DNA from: Bacilli bacterium
GTDB taxonomy: Bacteria; Bacillota_I; Bacilli_A; RF39; UBA660
Reading direction: 5' to 3'
Length of the DNA stretch: 64,000 bases
Assembly (NCBI GenBank): GCA_050948865.1
Contig: JBMNEQ010000002.1
Coordinates: 200,161-264,160 of the forward strand
Positions 39,064 to 48,586 of the stretch are shown piece by piece; position 1 is the first letter of the stretch, and each line of letters opens with the position of its first letter. A program made the translations under genes and the position numbers. The notes under the pieces are model-generated. The model made no database searches and had not been told where the DNA came from. It was given only the letters and a program-made list of their open reading frames with translations.

Positions 39064-39693
39064 GTGGTCAAGCTCTTTAAAAAGATTATTAAGGAATTAA
39101 ATAAAGAAAAAAAGGTTTATACATTTTTAAGTTTAATTTTATTAAGTGGTTTATTTTTTGGTTCTTTATTTATTACTATATTAAACGAAGAAGATAAATT
39201 AGAAGTAATTAAGCAAATTACTTCTTTTTTTCATAGCATTAAAGAAGGTAAAATTAATTATTTAGAAGCTTTAAAAAGTAGTTTAATAGGTAATTTATTA
39301 TATATAAGTTCTATTTGGTTATTAGGTATTTCTATTATTGGAATTCCTATTATTATTTTTTTAGTTTTTTTAAAGGGTTTTATTATTGGTTTTAGTATTA
39401 TTACTATTATTATTCATTATAAAACTATTGGTATATTAGGCGCTTTTACTTATATTTTTCCCCACTTAATAATAAATTCTTTAGTTATTTTAGGAGTTGG
39501 TTGTTATGCTTTTTATTTATCTTTAGATCTATTTTTAGCAGTTATTAAAAGAAAAAACATAAATTTTAAGAATATTATTAATCGTTATTTTTTTGTTTTA
39601 TTATTAGGAATCTTTTTATTGTTTTTATCATCTTTAATGGAAGTTTATTTTTCTCCTTTTTTTATTAAGTTTTTTCTTTTCTTCGTTAAATAG
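39064..39693 (+). CDS. spoIIM: Stage II sporulation protein M
   Basis: IWLLGISIIGIPII, KGFIIGFS, PH, E-YFSP. Confidence 0.88.
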   Translation: MVKLFKKIIKELNKEKKVYTFLSLILLSGLFFGSLFITILNEEDKLEVIKQITSFFHSIKEGKINYLEALKSSLIGNLLYISSIWLLGISIIGIPIIIFLVFLKGFIIGFSIITIIIHYKTIGILGAFTYIFPHLIINSLVILGVGCYAFYLSLDLFLAVIKRKNINFKNIINRYFFVLLLGIFLLFLSSLMEVYFSPFFIKFFLFFVK

Positions 39694-39741
39694 TTTTATA
39701 TTAGATATTAGAAAACGTGATATAATATTAATGGTGATTTA

Positions 39742-40845
39742 ATGAAAACTGTAGTAGTGGGAATGAGTGGGGGAGTTGATTCTTCTGTTGCTGCTTATCT
39801 TCTTCAAAAAGAAGGTTACAAGGTTATTGGATTGTTTATTAGAAGTTGGGATTCTACTTTAAATTATGATATTTTAGGGAATCCTTCTTTAAATGATCAT
39901 ATTTGTCCAGAAGATAGGGATTATCAAGATGCGAAAGAAGTATGTTTAAAACTTGATATTCCTCTTTTTCGTGTAGATTTAATTAAAGAATATTGGGATT
40001 ATGTTTTCACTTATTTTTTAGAAGAATTAAAAAAGGGAAGAACGCCAAATCCAGATATTATGTGTAATAAATATATTAAGTTTGATAAATTTATTAAAGA
40101 AGCAAAAAAACTAGGGGCTGATTTAATTGCTACTGGTCATTATGCTAGGATTCAAGATGGTAAATTATATGAAGGGATTGATAAAAATAAGGATCAAACT
40201 TATTTTTTATCTCAATTAACGAAAGAGCAATTAGAAAATGTTCTTTTTCCAGTAGGAAGTTTAACTAAAGAAGAGGTAAGGGGAATTGCTTTAAAAATTA
40301 ATCAACATATTGCTAAAAAGAAGGATTCAACGGGAATTTGTTTTATTGGAGAACGTAATTTTTCTAAATTTTTACAAAATTATTTACCAAATAATCCTGG
40401 TAATATTGTTGATATTAAAACAAACAAGGTTTTAGCTAAACATATAGGGTTAATGTATTATACAATAGGCCAAAGAAGAGGTTTAAACTTAGGTGGTCAA
40501 AAGGATAAATTATATGTTGTTGGTAAAGATTTAAAGGAAAATATTCTTTATGTAGCGAGTGGTTTTAATAATGATTATTTATTTAGTGATAGTGCTTTAA
40601 TTGAAGAAGTAAATTTTATTAATGAAAAAAGACCAAGAGAGGTTCAAGCTAGATTTCGTTATCGTCAAAAAAAGCAAGCTGTTAAATTGGAATATTTGGG
40701 TAATAATCAAGTTTTGGTTACTTATAAACCAATTAAAGCTGTTACTCCTGGTCAAGCTTGTGTTTTTTATGAAGAAGAAGAATGTTTAGGAGGAGGAATT
40801 ATTAAAGAGGTTTTTAAAAAGGGTCAACCTCTTTGGTATTTATAA
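39742..40845 (+). CDS. mnmA: tRNA 2-thiouridylase MnmA
   Basis: GMSGGVDSSV, TPNPDIMCN, ATGHYA, KDSTGICFIGE, TPGQ. Confidence 0.97.
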   Translation: MKTVVVGMSGGVDSSVAAYLLQKEGYKVIGLFIRSWDSTLNYDILGNPSLNDHICPEDRDYQDAKEVCLKLDIPLFRVDLIKEYWDYVFTYFLEELKKGRTPNPDIMCNKYIKFDKFIKEAKKLGADLIATGHYARIQDGKLYEGIDKNKDQTYFLSQLTKEQLENVLFPVGSLTKEEVRGIALKINQHIAKKKDSTGICFIGERNFSKFLQNYLPNNPGNIVDIKTNKVLAKHIGLMYYTIGQRRGLNLGGQKDKLYVVGKDLKENILYVASGFNNDYLFSDSALIEEVNFINEKRPREVQARFRYRQKKQAVKLEYLGNNQVLVTYKPIKAVTPGQACVFYEEEECLGGGIIKEVFKKGQPLWYL

Positions 40846-40926
40846 GTGTTTTACAGTAATTGTCATTAAATTTACGATTGACAATTGACATTTTTATGTT
40901 AAAATGATAATAGGAGGGTAGAAGAG

Positions 40927-41703
40927 ATGATTAATAGTTTATTAAAAGAGTTAGGGATATCTAAAGTTAAATTAGCTAAATATTTAGGTGTTTCAAGACA
41001 AATGGTTTATAATTATTTAGAATTAAATAATTTAGAAGAATGGCCTAAAGATAAGAAAATGAAAATCTTTACTTTATTTGATATTGATTCAGCCGAAAAA
41101 TTAAAAGAAATTAATGTTACTAGTGATTATATTAACAGGGCAGAAGATATTCTTAATAAAGATGAATTTAAATCACTACGAAAGGATTTATCAACTTATG
41201 ATATGGGTTTGATGGATAAAAAGAGTCAACAAATTATAATTGATATTGTTGACATTATGAAAGAAGATTTATTTGATAGTGAAAAAGAATCAAAAGATGA
41301 GATGGTTATGGCTTATAATTATTTAATTCCTTTTTTACAGGTATTAGGAGATATTCCAGAATTAAAATATGTTTTAGCTTATTATGCTAAAATAAATGGT
41401 TTTATTTTACCTGAAGAGTTTGTTTTTGATGAAGAAAAACAAATTACTTTTGAAGGAATTATGTTTCAAGCGATGACTTTATATCATAATGGTGGTGCTT
41501 CTAAATCAAAAATTCAAGAAGCTCATAAAAGATTTGTTGCTGATATAGAACATAAAAAAGAAGAAAGATTAAGTCGAACGCAAGAACTTAATACGGCTAA
41601 AGTTCAGGCTTTAAAAGAATTAGGTTATACAGAAATAAATGAGGTTAATGCTTCTGAAGTGTTAGAAAAAATAGCAGAAATTCAAGCTCGTAAATCTGTT
41701 TAA
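40927..41703 (+). CDS. N-terminal HTH (XRE-like) protein
   Basis: LGISKVKLAKYLGVSRQMVYNY. Confidence 0.75.
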   Translation: MINSLLKELGISKVKLAKYLGVSRQMVYNYLELNNLEEWPKDKKMKIFTLFDIDSAEKLKEINVTSDYINRAEDILNKDEFKSLRKDLSTYDMGLMDKKSQQIIIDIVDIMKEDLFDSEKESKDEMVMAYNYLIPFLQVLGDIPELKYVLAYYAKINGFILPEEFVFDEEKQITFEGIMFQAMTLYHNGGASKSKIQEAHKRFVADIEHKKEERLSRTQELNTAKVQALKELGYTEINEVNASEVLEKIAEIQARKSV

Positions 41704-41794
41704 AGGGATAACTTCTTTGGTTATCTTTTTTAAGTGCTATATTAAGGAAATAGATGATATAATTAAGAAAGTAGTTAATTATATCTAAAGGAGG

Positions 41795-42439
41795 TTGTTT
41801 ATGTCTGTTGTCGCGATTATTCCTGCTTTAAATGAGGAAAAGACAATTAAAAGAATAATTGAAATGATTAAGGTTGTTCCTTTGGTTGATCGTATTATAG
41901 TTGTTAGTGATGGTTCTAAAGATAATACCGCTAATATAGCTAGAAGATGTGGTGTTGAAGTAATCGATTTAAAAGAGAATATTGGTAAAGGGGGAGCTAT
42001 GAGTATTGGGGTTAAAAGTTGTCAAGAAGAGATAATTTTATTTTTAGATGCTGATTTAATCGGTTTAACTAGAAAGCATATTGAAGATCTTTTAAAACCA
42101 GTAGTTGAAGATAATTATGCCATGTCCTTAGGTGTTTTTGTTCATGGAAAGGTAGGAACTGATTTAGCTCACATGGTAGCCCCCTTTTTATCAGGTCAAA
42201 GAGTAATAACTAGGCAATTATTTAATAAGGTTAATGATATTGAAATTAGCCGTTATGGGGTAGAAATGGCCTTAACTAGGTATATTGAAAAAAATAATAT
42301 TGCAATTAAGAAAATTAAACTTAATGGTTTAACTCATTTAACTAAAGAAGAAAAGTTAGGCTTTTTTACAGGAGTTACTATGAGATTTAAAATGTATAAA
42401 GAAATAATAGCTGTTTTCTTTTTAAATATTTTAAAATAG
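41795..42439 (+). CDS. GT2-family glycosyltransferase
   Basis: IPALNEE, DGSKD, GKGGA, FLDAD, LSGQR. Confidence 0.9.
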   Translation: MFMSVVAIIPALNEEKTIKRIIEMIKVVPLVDRIIVVSDGSKDNTANIARRCGVEVIDLKENIGKGGAMSIGVKSCQEEIILFLDADLIGLTRKHIEDLLKPVVEDNYAMSLGVFVHGKVGTDLAHMVAPFLSGQRVITRQLFNKVNDIEISRYGVEMALTRYIEKNNIAIKKIKLNGLTHLTKEEKLGFFTGVTMRFKMYKEIIAVFFLNILK

Positions 42440-42441
42440 TA

Positions 42442-43692
42442 TTGGAGAAAAAAATGACCAAAAGATTTGTTTTATTTATAAAAGTTTTTCTTTTGATTTT
42501 TGTTATAAGTTTTTTATATTGGGCTGAATATAAAACTTTTAATCAAAGAAAAGATTTAATCCCAACAGAATTAAAGAATGATCTTTTTCTAAAGGATAAA
42601 ACATTTAATAATGAAGAAATAATAGATGAAGATAAAGAAGATTATTTCTCTTTAGAAAAAAGGTATGTAAGGAATTTTTTAAATGAAAAAGAGAAACAAC
42701 TTTATGATTCCTTTTTAGTTAATTCTTTAAAACATATTTCTTCTTTTAATATTATTCCAATCAAAGAAGAAAGCTTACAAAATGTTTATCGAGCTTTTAT
42801 GAATGATAATCCTGATCATTTCTGGGTCGATAATTTAGTTTATTATACAAATTCAAATACTAATCAAGTGATAAAAATTGATTTTAAGTTTAATGTAGAT
42901 GAGAAGGAAAAAGAAAAAAGACAAGAAGAAATTGATCAGGTAGTAAAAGAGATTCTGGCCCCTATAAATAAAGAAATGACGGAATATGATCAAGTAAAAT
43001 ATATTTATGATTATATTATTGATAACACTATTTATGATTATCAAGCACCAGATAATCAAAACATTTATAGTGTTTTAATTAATGGAAGAAGTGTTTGTGC
43101 AGGATATGCTAGAACTTTTCAATATCTTATGAATAAATTAGATATTTTTAATTTATATGTTACTGGAACTACTACTACAGAAGATAACCAAACTTTGGGA
43201 CATGCTTGGAATTTAGTAAGATTAGATAATCAATTTTATAATATTGATTCGACATGGGGTAATTCTATTTTTATTACTGATCAATCTTTAAATAATTATA
43301 AAAATTATCATTATTTTAATGTAACTAGTGAAGAGATAAAAAAGACTCATATTTTTGATGCTTATTATCCTTTACCAGAAGCAAAAGGATTAAAATATAA
43401 TTATTATATTAAAGAAAAATTATTATTTACGGTTTATGATCTTAATTTAGAAAATAGATTATATGAACGACTAATAGAAATAAATGAGGAAAAGGACCCC
43501 CTTTTAACTATTAGTTTTACTAATAAAAAAGAATATCAAAAAGCTTTAGAACAATTATTTGATAAAGGGAAATTATTTAAATTAATAAAACAATCTAATA
43601 AAAGTAATAAAAATAAAGTTAATGAAAGAATTGTAAAGTCTTCTTCTAATGAAGAAAAATTGATTATTGATATTTATTTAAATTATATATAG
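42442..43692 (+). CDS. Membrane-anchored transglutaminase-like (Cys-His-Asp) protein
   Basis: VCAGYA, HAWNLV, IDSTW. Confidence 0.88.
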   Translation: MEKKMTKRFVLFIKVFLLIFVISFLYWAEYKTFNQRKDLIPTELKNDLFLKDKTFNNEEIIDEDKEDYFSLEKRYVRNFLNEKEKQLYDSFLVNSLKHISSFNIIPIKEESLQNVYRAFMNDNPDHFWVDNLVYYTNSNTNQVIKIDFKFNVDEKEKEKRQEEIDQVVKEILAPINKEMTEYDQVKYIYDYIIDNTIYDYQAPDNQNIYSVLINGRSVCAGYARTFQYLMNKLDIFNLYVTGTTTTEDNQTLGHAWNLVRLDNQFYNIDSTWGNSIFITDQSLNNYKNYHYFNVTSEEIKKTHIFDAYYPLPEAKGLKYNYYIKEKLLFTVYDLNLENRLYERLIEINEEKDPLLTISFTNKKEYQKALEQLFDKGKLFKLIKQSNKSNKNKVNERIVKSSSNEEKLIIDIYLNYI

Positions 43693-43785
43693 GATAAATA
43701 GGATTAAAACCTTGATACTATTGCTTTCTTTCCTTTTTTTTGTTAAGATAAGACTTGTTGTTGAAATTGGAAGGGAAGTGATTTT

Positions 43786-44532
43786 GTGAAGAAGAAACGT
43801 CTATTTAAGCTGGATAAAGAAAAATCCAAAAAGTTTATAGCCGTAGTTTGTCTTACAACTTTATTTACTTTAACAAATTTTAAAGTTTCTGGTTCAACTT
43901 TTGATGAATCTAATTTTTTTAAACCTTATACAATTCAAGAAAAGGTCCCAGAAACTTTAAAAGAAAAGCCTAAAGAAAGTGTATCAAAACCAATCTATGA
44001 AATTGAATTTGGATTAGATATGGAAGTTCAAAAATATATTTATGATAGATGTGAGGAATTAAATTTAGATTTTATTAAAACAATGGGATTAATTCATCAT
44101 GAAAGTAAATTTGATTCTACTAATATAGGTTCTACTAATGATTATGGTTTGTTTCAAATTAATAAGATGAATCATAATTGGTTATCAAAAAATTTAAAGA
44201 CCCCTTGTGAACCTTTAGATCCTATTATAAATTCTACTTGGGGAACTTATATGCTAAAAAATATTTATACTTTTTGGGAAGAAAGAGGTATAAAAGAAGA
44301 ACAATTAGATCATTTTGTTTGGTCTACTTATAATAAGGGCTTAAAAGGATTTAAAAGTTCTGGTGAGGCTGTAAATTATATTAATAAGGTTTATGAAAGC
44401 ATTGATTATATAAATGAAACAATTGAACATGATAAAAAGCAAACAACACTAAAAGAATTATATGTAATGAAAGAAGAATTAGAAACTATAAAAAAAGTTA
44501 AGGTAAATGAAAAAGAAAGAAAGAATCTTTAA
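43786..44532 (+). CDS. SLT-domain lytic transglycosylase
   Basis: HESKF, GLFQIN, YNKG. Confidence 0.82.
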   Translation: MKKKRLFKLDKEKSKKFIAVVCLTTLFTLTNFKVSGSTFDESNFFKPYTIQEKVPETLKEKPKESVSKPIYEIEFGLDMEVQKYIYDRCEELNLDFIKTMGLIHHESKFDSTNIGSTNDYGLFQINKMNHNWLSKNLKTPCEPLDPIINSTWGTYMLKNIYTFWEERGIKEEQLDHFVWSTYNKGLKGFKSSGEAVNYINKVYESIDYINETIEHDKKQTTLKELYVMKEELETIKKVKVNEKERKNL

Positions 44533-44544
44533 GGGTTCTTTTTT

Positions 44545-44572
44545 ACTTCCTATAATATATATTATGTTAACC
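44545..44572 (+). other. dif: Chromosome dimer resolution site dif
   Basis: ACTTCCTATAA-TATATA-TTATGTTAACC, close to B. subtilis/Staphylococcus dif; intergenic; at the gene-orientation switch. Confidence 0.9.
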
Positions 44573-44638
44573 TATAGAAAAAAATAGATTTCTCCCCTAG
44601 TTTTAATTAAGTTATGATATAATTAAAGCGGTGATTTT

Positions 44639-45838
44639 ATGAAGAAAAAACGTTGTCTTGGAACTGTTATTAGAGGAATTAGAACTCCTATTATAAAAAA
44701 AGGAGATAATTTAGTGAAGATAACTATTGATTCTTTAATGGAAGCTTCTCAATATGAAGGTTTTACTTTTAATGATAAAGATATTATTGGTCTTACAGAA
44801 GGTATAGTAGCGAAGGCTCAGGGCAATTATGTTAGTGTTGATGAGATAGCTTTAGATATTAAGAGGAAGTTTTCTTGTGAACATCTTGGAATTGTCTATC
44901 CTATTTTAAGTCGTAATCGGTTTTCCTTATGTTTAAAAGGTATAGCTAGGGCTTCAAAAAAGATTACGATGTTATTAACATACCCTACTGATGAAGTAGG
45001 TAATCCTATTTTAGCAAAAGAAAAGATGGAACAATATAATATTAATCCTTATAATGATATTATTTTAAAAGAGAAATATGATACTCTTTTTAAAGATTAT
45101 CTTCATCCTTTTACGGGAGTTAATATGGTTCAGGTTTATCAAGATATTGCTTTAGAAGAAGGTTGTCAAATTGAATTTGTTTTTAGTAATAATCCTTTAA
45201 CAATTTTAAATTATACTAAGAATGTTTTAGTTTCTAATATTCATCAACGAGAAGAAACTAAAGAAAAGATTATTCAGGCTGGAGCTAAGATTGTTTATAC
45301 TTTATGTGATATTATGAATGAAAGTATAAATAATAGTGGTTATAATAAAGAGTATGGGCTCTTAGGTTCTAATAAAGCAGAAAAGGAAATATTAAAATTA
45401 TTTCCTACGGAAGCTTTTGATATAATTAATGATATTCAAAAGGAAATGAAAAGGTTAACAGGAAAAACATTAGAGGTTTTAGTTTATGGGGATGGTGCTT
45501 TTAAAGATCCAGTAATGGGCATTTGGGAACTAGCTGATCCTGTTGTCTCCCCTTTTTATACTTCAGGATTAGAAGGAACTCCTAATGAAATTAAACTAAA
45601 ATATATAGCTGATAATAAATTTAAGAATTTAGAAGGTTTAAAATTACAAGAGGCAATTAAAAAAGAGATTAAAGAGAAAAAGGATAATTTAAAAGATTGT
45701 GATAATAATTTAGGAACAACTCCAAGAAAGATTACTGATTTATTAGGTTCTTTATGTGATTTAACCTCTGGTAGTGGTGATAAAGGCACCCCTCTTGTCT
45801 TAATCCAAGGTTACTTTGATGATTATGCTAGTGATTAA
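44639..45838 (+). CDS. F420-0:gamma-glutamyl ligase-like (CofE-fold) protein
   Basis: GIRTPIIKKGD, GTTPR..TDLLGSLCDLTSGSGDKGTPLV. Confidence 0.8.
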   Translation: MKKKRCLGTVIRGIRTPIIKKGDNLVKITIDSLMEASQYEGFTFNDKDIIGLTEGIVAKAQGNYVSVDEIALDIKRKFSCEHLGIVYPILSRNRFSLCLKGIARASKKITMLLTYPTDEVGNPILAKEKMEQYNINPYNDIILKEKYDTLFKDYLHPFTGVNMVQVYQDIALEEGCQIEFVFSNNPLTILNYTKNVLVSNIHQREETKEKIIQAGAKIVYTLCDIMNESINNSGYNKEYGLLGSNKAEKEILKLFPTEAFDIINDIQKEMKRLTGKTLEVLVYGDGAFKDPVMGIWELADPVVSPFYTSGLEGTPNEIKLKYIADNKFKNLEGLKLQEAIKKEIKEKKDNLKDCDNNLGTTPRKITDLLGSLCDLTSGSGDKGTPLVLIQGYFDDYASD

Positions 45839-45840
45839 AT

Positions 45841-45865
45841 AAAATAGCCTTAAAAAGGCTATTTT
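45841..45865. terminator. Bidirectional terminator
   Basis: AAAATAGCCTT-AAA-AAGGCTATTTT. Confidence 0.75.
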
Positions 45866-46314
45866 AAATTGGCATTTAACATCCACTGTTCTTTTTCTAA
45901 GAAACTAGTAAAATCACTTAAGATAGAAGTTGTTACTAAATCATTAGTAGATTCTGTATAATTAATTATTTGTTTAGTGATAGCAGTTAAATAGTTAAAA
46001 TCATGAAGAACATTTTTAATTACTTCTTTTTCAGTATAATCTTTACTAGGATGATTTTTTAAATGGGCTAATTCTGAATATTGTTTTAATTCAGTAAGAG
46101 GAAACCCATTTAATTGTTTTATACGTTCGGCTGTTAAATCAAACATCTTTAACCCCTCTTGATAATATTCTTCTAATTTTTTATGCATAGAAATAAAATT
46201 AGGTCCAATTATATTCCAATGAAAATTATATAAATTAGTTGTTATAACAGCAATATTCGCTAAATATTGATTTAAAAGATTAATTATTTCTTTTTGTTGG
46301 TTAGTGTTATCCAT
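45859..46314 (-). CDS. dps: Dps/ferritin-like DNA protection protein
   Basis: NFHWNIIGPNF..MHKKLEE, DLTAERI, EKEQWML. Confidence 0.92.
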   Translation of the reverse strand: MDNTNQQKEIINLLNQYLANIAVITTNLYNFHWNIIGPNFISMHKKLEEYYQEGLKMFDLTAERIKQLNGFPLTELKQYSELAHLKNHPSKDYTEKEVIKNVLHDFNYLTAITKQIINYTESTNDLVTTSILSDFTSFLEKEQWMLNANLK

Positions 46315-46365
46315 TTAAAACCTCCCTTATTAGTTTATGGGATGGTTATTAATAGGTGCTTATAA

Positions 46366-47268
46366 TTACTCTTTTTCTTTTTTACTACGGGGATGATATT
46401 CTATATAATTTTTTATTAAAGTGTTTTTAGCAACATGAGTATAGATTGCTGTAGTAGTTATATCACTATGGCCCATTAGTTCTTGAATACTTCTTAAATC
46501 AGCTCCATATTCTAATAAATGAGTAGCAAAAGAATGCCTTAAAGTATGAGGAGAAAAATTTTTAGTTACTCCCCTTTTTAAAGCAATCTTTTTTAACATC
46601 TTAAAAAAACCTTGTCGACTTAAATTATTTCCTTGATTATTTAAAAATAAATAATCACTATTTTTGTTTTTTAATAAAAATGGTCTTGTCTTGTTGAGAT
46701 ATTCCTTTACCCATTTTGTAGCAATATCCCCTATTGGAATCATTCTTTCTTTATTTCCTTTACCATAACATTTTATAATATTCATTTCTAAATTAACATT
46801 CATTATTTTTAAAGTAATTAATTCACTAATTCGTAAACCAGTGGCATAAAGTAATTCAAGCATTGCTTTATTTCGGTATTCTAAATGATTATTTGGAGAA
46901 AAATTTAATAATCTAGTTATTTCTTCAATAGTTAATACTTGAGGCAATTTCTTTCTTAATTTAGGAGTTTCTATATTTTCACTAGGATTATGAGAACTTC
47001 TTTCTTCTTTGATTAAAAATAGATGAAAGTTTTTTAAACTGACTATTTTTCTAGTTATACTACTACTAGCTAAATTAGTTTTACTTAAATGTTCTATATA
47101 ATTAGTAATATTTTTTTTCGATATTTTTTCTATAGAATTAATTTTTTCTTTTTTTTCTAAAAAATTTAAATAATCTTCTAAATCTCTTTTATAAGCTTTT
47201 TTAGTATTTTCACTTAACTTTTTTTCTATAAAAATATAATTTAAATAATCATTTAGATCCTTCTTCAT
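46366..47268 (-). CDS. xerD: Tyrosine recombinase XerD
   Basis: LYATGLRISEL, GKGNKER, HTLRHSFATHLL, LMGHSDITTTAIYTH. Confidence 0.9.
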   Translation of the reverse strand: MKKDLNDYLNYIFIEKKLSENTKKAYKRDLEDYLNFLEKKEKINSIEKISKKNITNYIEHLSKTNLASSSITRKIVSLKNFHLFLIKEERSSHNPSENIETPKLRKKLPQVLTIEEITRLLNFSPNNHLEYRNKAMLELLYATGLRISELITLKIMNVNLEMNIIKCYGKGNKERMIPIGDIATKWVKEYLNKTRPFLLKNKNSDYLFLNNQGNNLSRQGFFKMLKKIALKRGVTKNFSPHTLRHSFATHLLEYGADLRSIQELMGHSDITTTAIYTHVAKNTLIKNYIEYHPRSKKEKE

Positions 47269-47376
47269 TTTATCCCTTCTTCTTTAATAAATTGTATCAT
47301 GTTAATTTTGTTATAACAAATATTTATTTCTATACAAGGAAACTTACTCATGTTAAAATAAAGATGGAGGGATAAA

Positions 47377-48582
47377 ATGAATGAACCTTTAGCTTACGCT
47401 CTTCGTCCTAAAAGATTAGAAGATATTGTTGGACAAGAACATTTAGTTGGAAAAGATAAAGTTATTGCTAAGATGTTAAAAAATAAAAAGTTTTTTTCAA
47501 TGATTTTATATGGTAATCCAGGTGTTGGAAAAAACAGTATGGCTGAAGTTATTGTTAAAGAGTCTGGTTTAAATTATCGACAATTAAATGCTGTTATTAA
47601 TAATAAACAAGATTTTGATATGATTGTGGAAGAAGCTAAAATGTATAAAGGACTGCTTCTTATTATGGATGAGTTTCATCGTTTAAATAAAGATAAACAA
47701 GATTTACTTTTACCTCATTTAGAAAGCGGTTTAATTAAGGTTATTGGTCTAACGACTTCTAATCCTTATTTTTCTATTAATCCTGCTTTAAGAAGTCGTT
47801 GTCATATTTTTGAATTAAAAGATTTGACTAATGAAGATTTAAAAAAAGCTTTGTTTAAAAGTATAGAAAGTAAATATTTAAAAGATATTAAAATAACTGA
47901 AAAAGAAATAGATTATATTATTAGATTAGCTAATGGAGATTTAAGATATGCTTATAATCTTTTAGAACTTAGTTATTATTCTTCTATAGATCATCATATA
48001 ACTTTAGAAACACTGTTAGATATTAGTAGTAAACCAAGAACTTATTTTGATAAAAATGAAGATGGTTATTATGATTTATTAAGTGCTTTTCAAAAATCTA
48101 TTCGTGGTAGTGATGTTGATGCTTCTCTTCATTATTTAGCTCGTTTAATTGAAAGTGGTGATTTAAAAAGTATATATCGTCGTCTTAGTGTTTGTGCTTA
48201 TGAAGATATTGGTTTAGCTAATCCTTTGCTTGGTCTTAAAGTTAATGCTTGTATTGAAATATGTGAACGTTTAGGTTTACCAGAAGCTAGAATACCTTTA
48301 GCTACTGTTGTTATTGAACTAGCTTTATCCCCTAAATCAAATAGCAGTTATCAAGCTATAACTTTAGCTTTAGAGGATTTAAAACAAGGTAATATTGAAG
48401 ATATTCCTACTCATTTAAAGATGAATTCTAAAGATTATTTATATCCTCATAATTATCAAGATGGATATGTTAAACAAGATTATTTACCAAATAAGTTAAA
48501 AGATAAAAGATATTATCATCCCTTAATTAGAAATAAGTATGAAAAAATATTAAAAAGTGTTTATGATAAATTAAAAAAATAG
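47377..48582 (+). CDS. rarA: Replication-associated recombination protein RarA/MgsA
   Basis: PLAYALRP, DEFHR, SAFQKSIRGSDVDA, EDIGLA. Confidence 0.95.
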   Translation: MNEPLAYALRPKRLEDIVGQEHLVGKDKVIAKMLKNKKFFSMILYGNPGVGKNSMAEVIVKESGLNYRQLNAVINNKQDFDMIVEEAKMYKGLLLIMDEFHRLNKDKQDLLLPHLESGLIKVIGLTTSNPYFSINPALRSRCHIFELKDLTNEDLKKALFKSIESKYLKDIKITEKEIDYIIRLANGDLRYAYNLLELSYYSSIDHHITLETLLDISSKPRTYFDKNEDGYYDLLSAFQKSIRGSDVDASLHYLARLIESGDLKSIYRRLSVCAYEDIGLANPLLGLKVNACIEICERLGLPEARIPLATVVIELALSPKSNSSYQAITLALEDLKQGNIEDIPTHLKMNSKDYLYPHNYQDGYVKQDYLPNKLKDKRYYHPLIRNKYEKILKSVYDKLKK

Positions 48583-48586
48583 AAAA

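Noticed and set aside
46366-47268. Phage or ICE integrase
   Set aside because: Sequence fits housekeeping XerD; no att sites or phage genes nearby.
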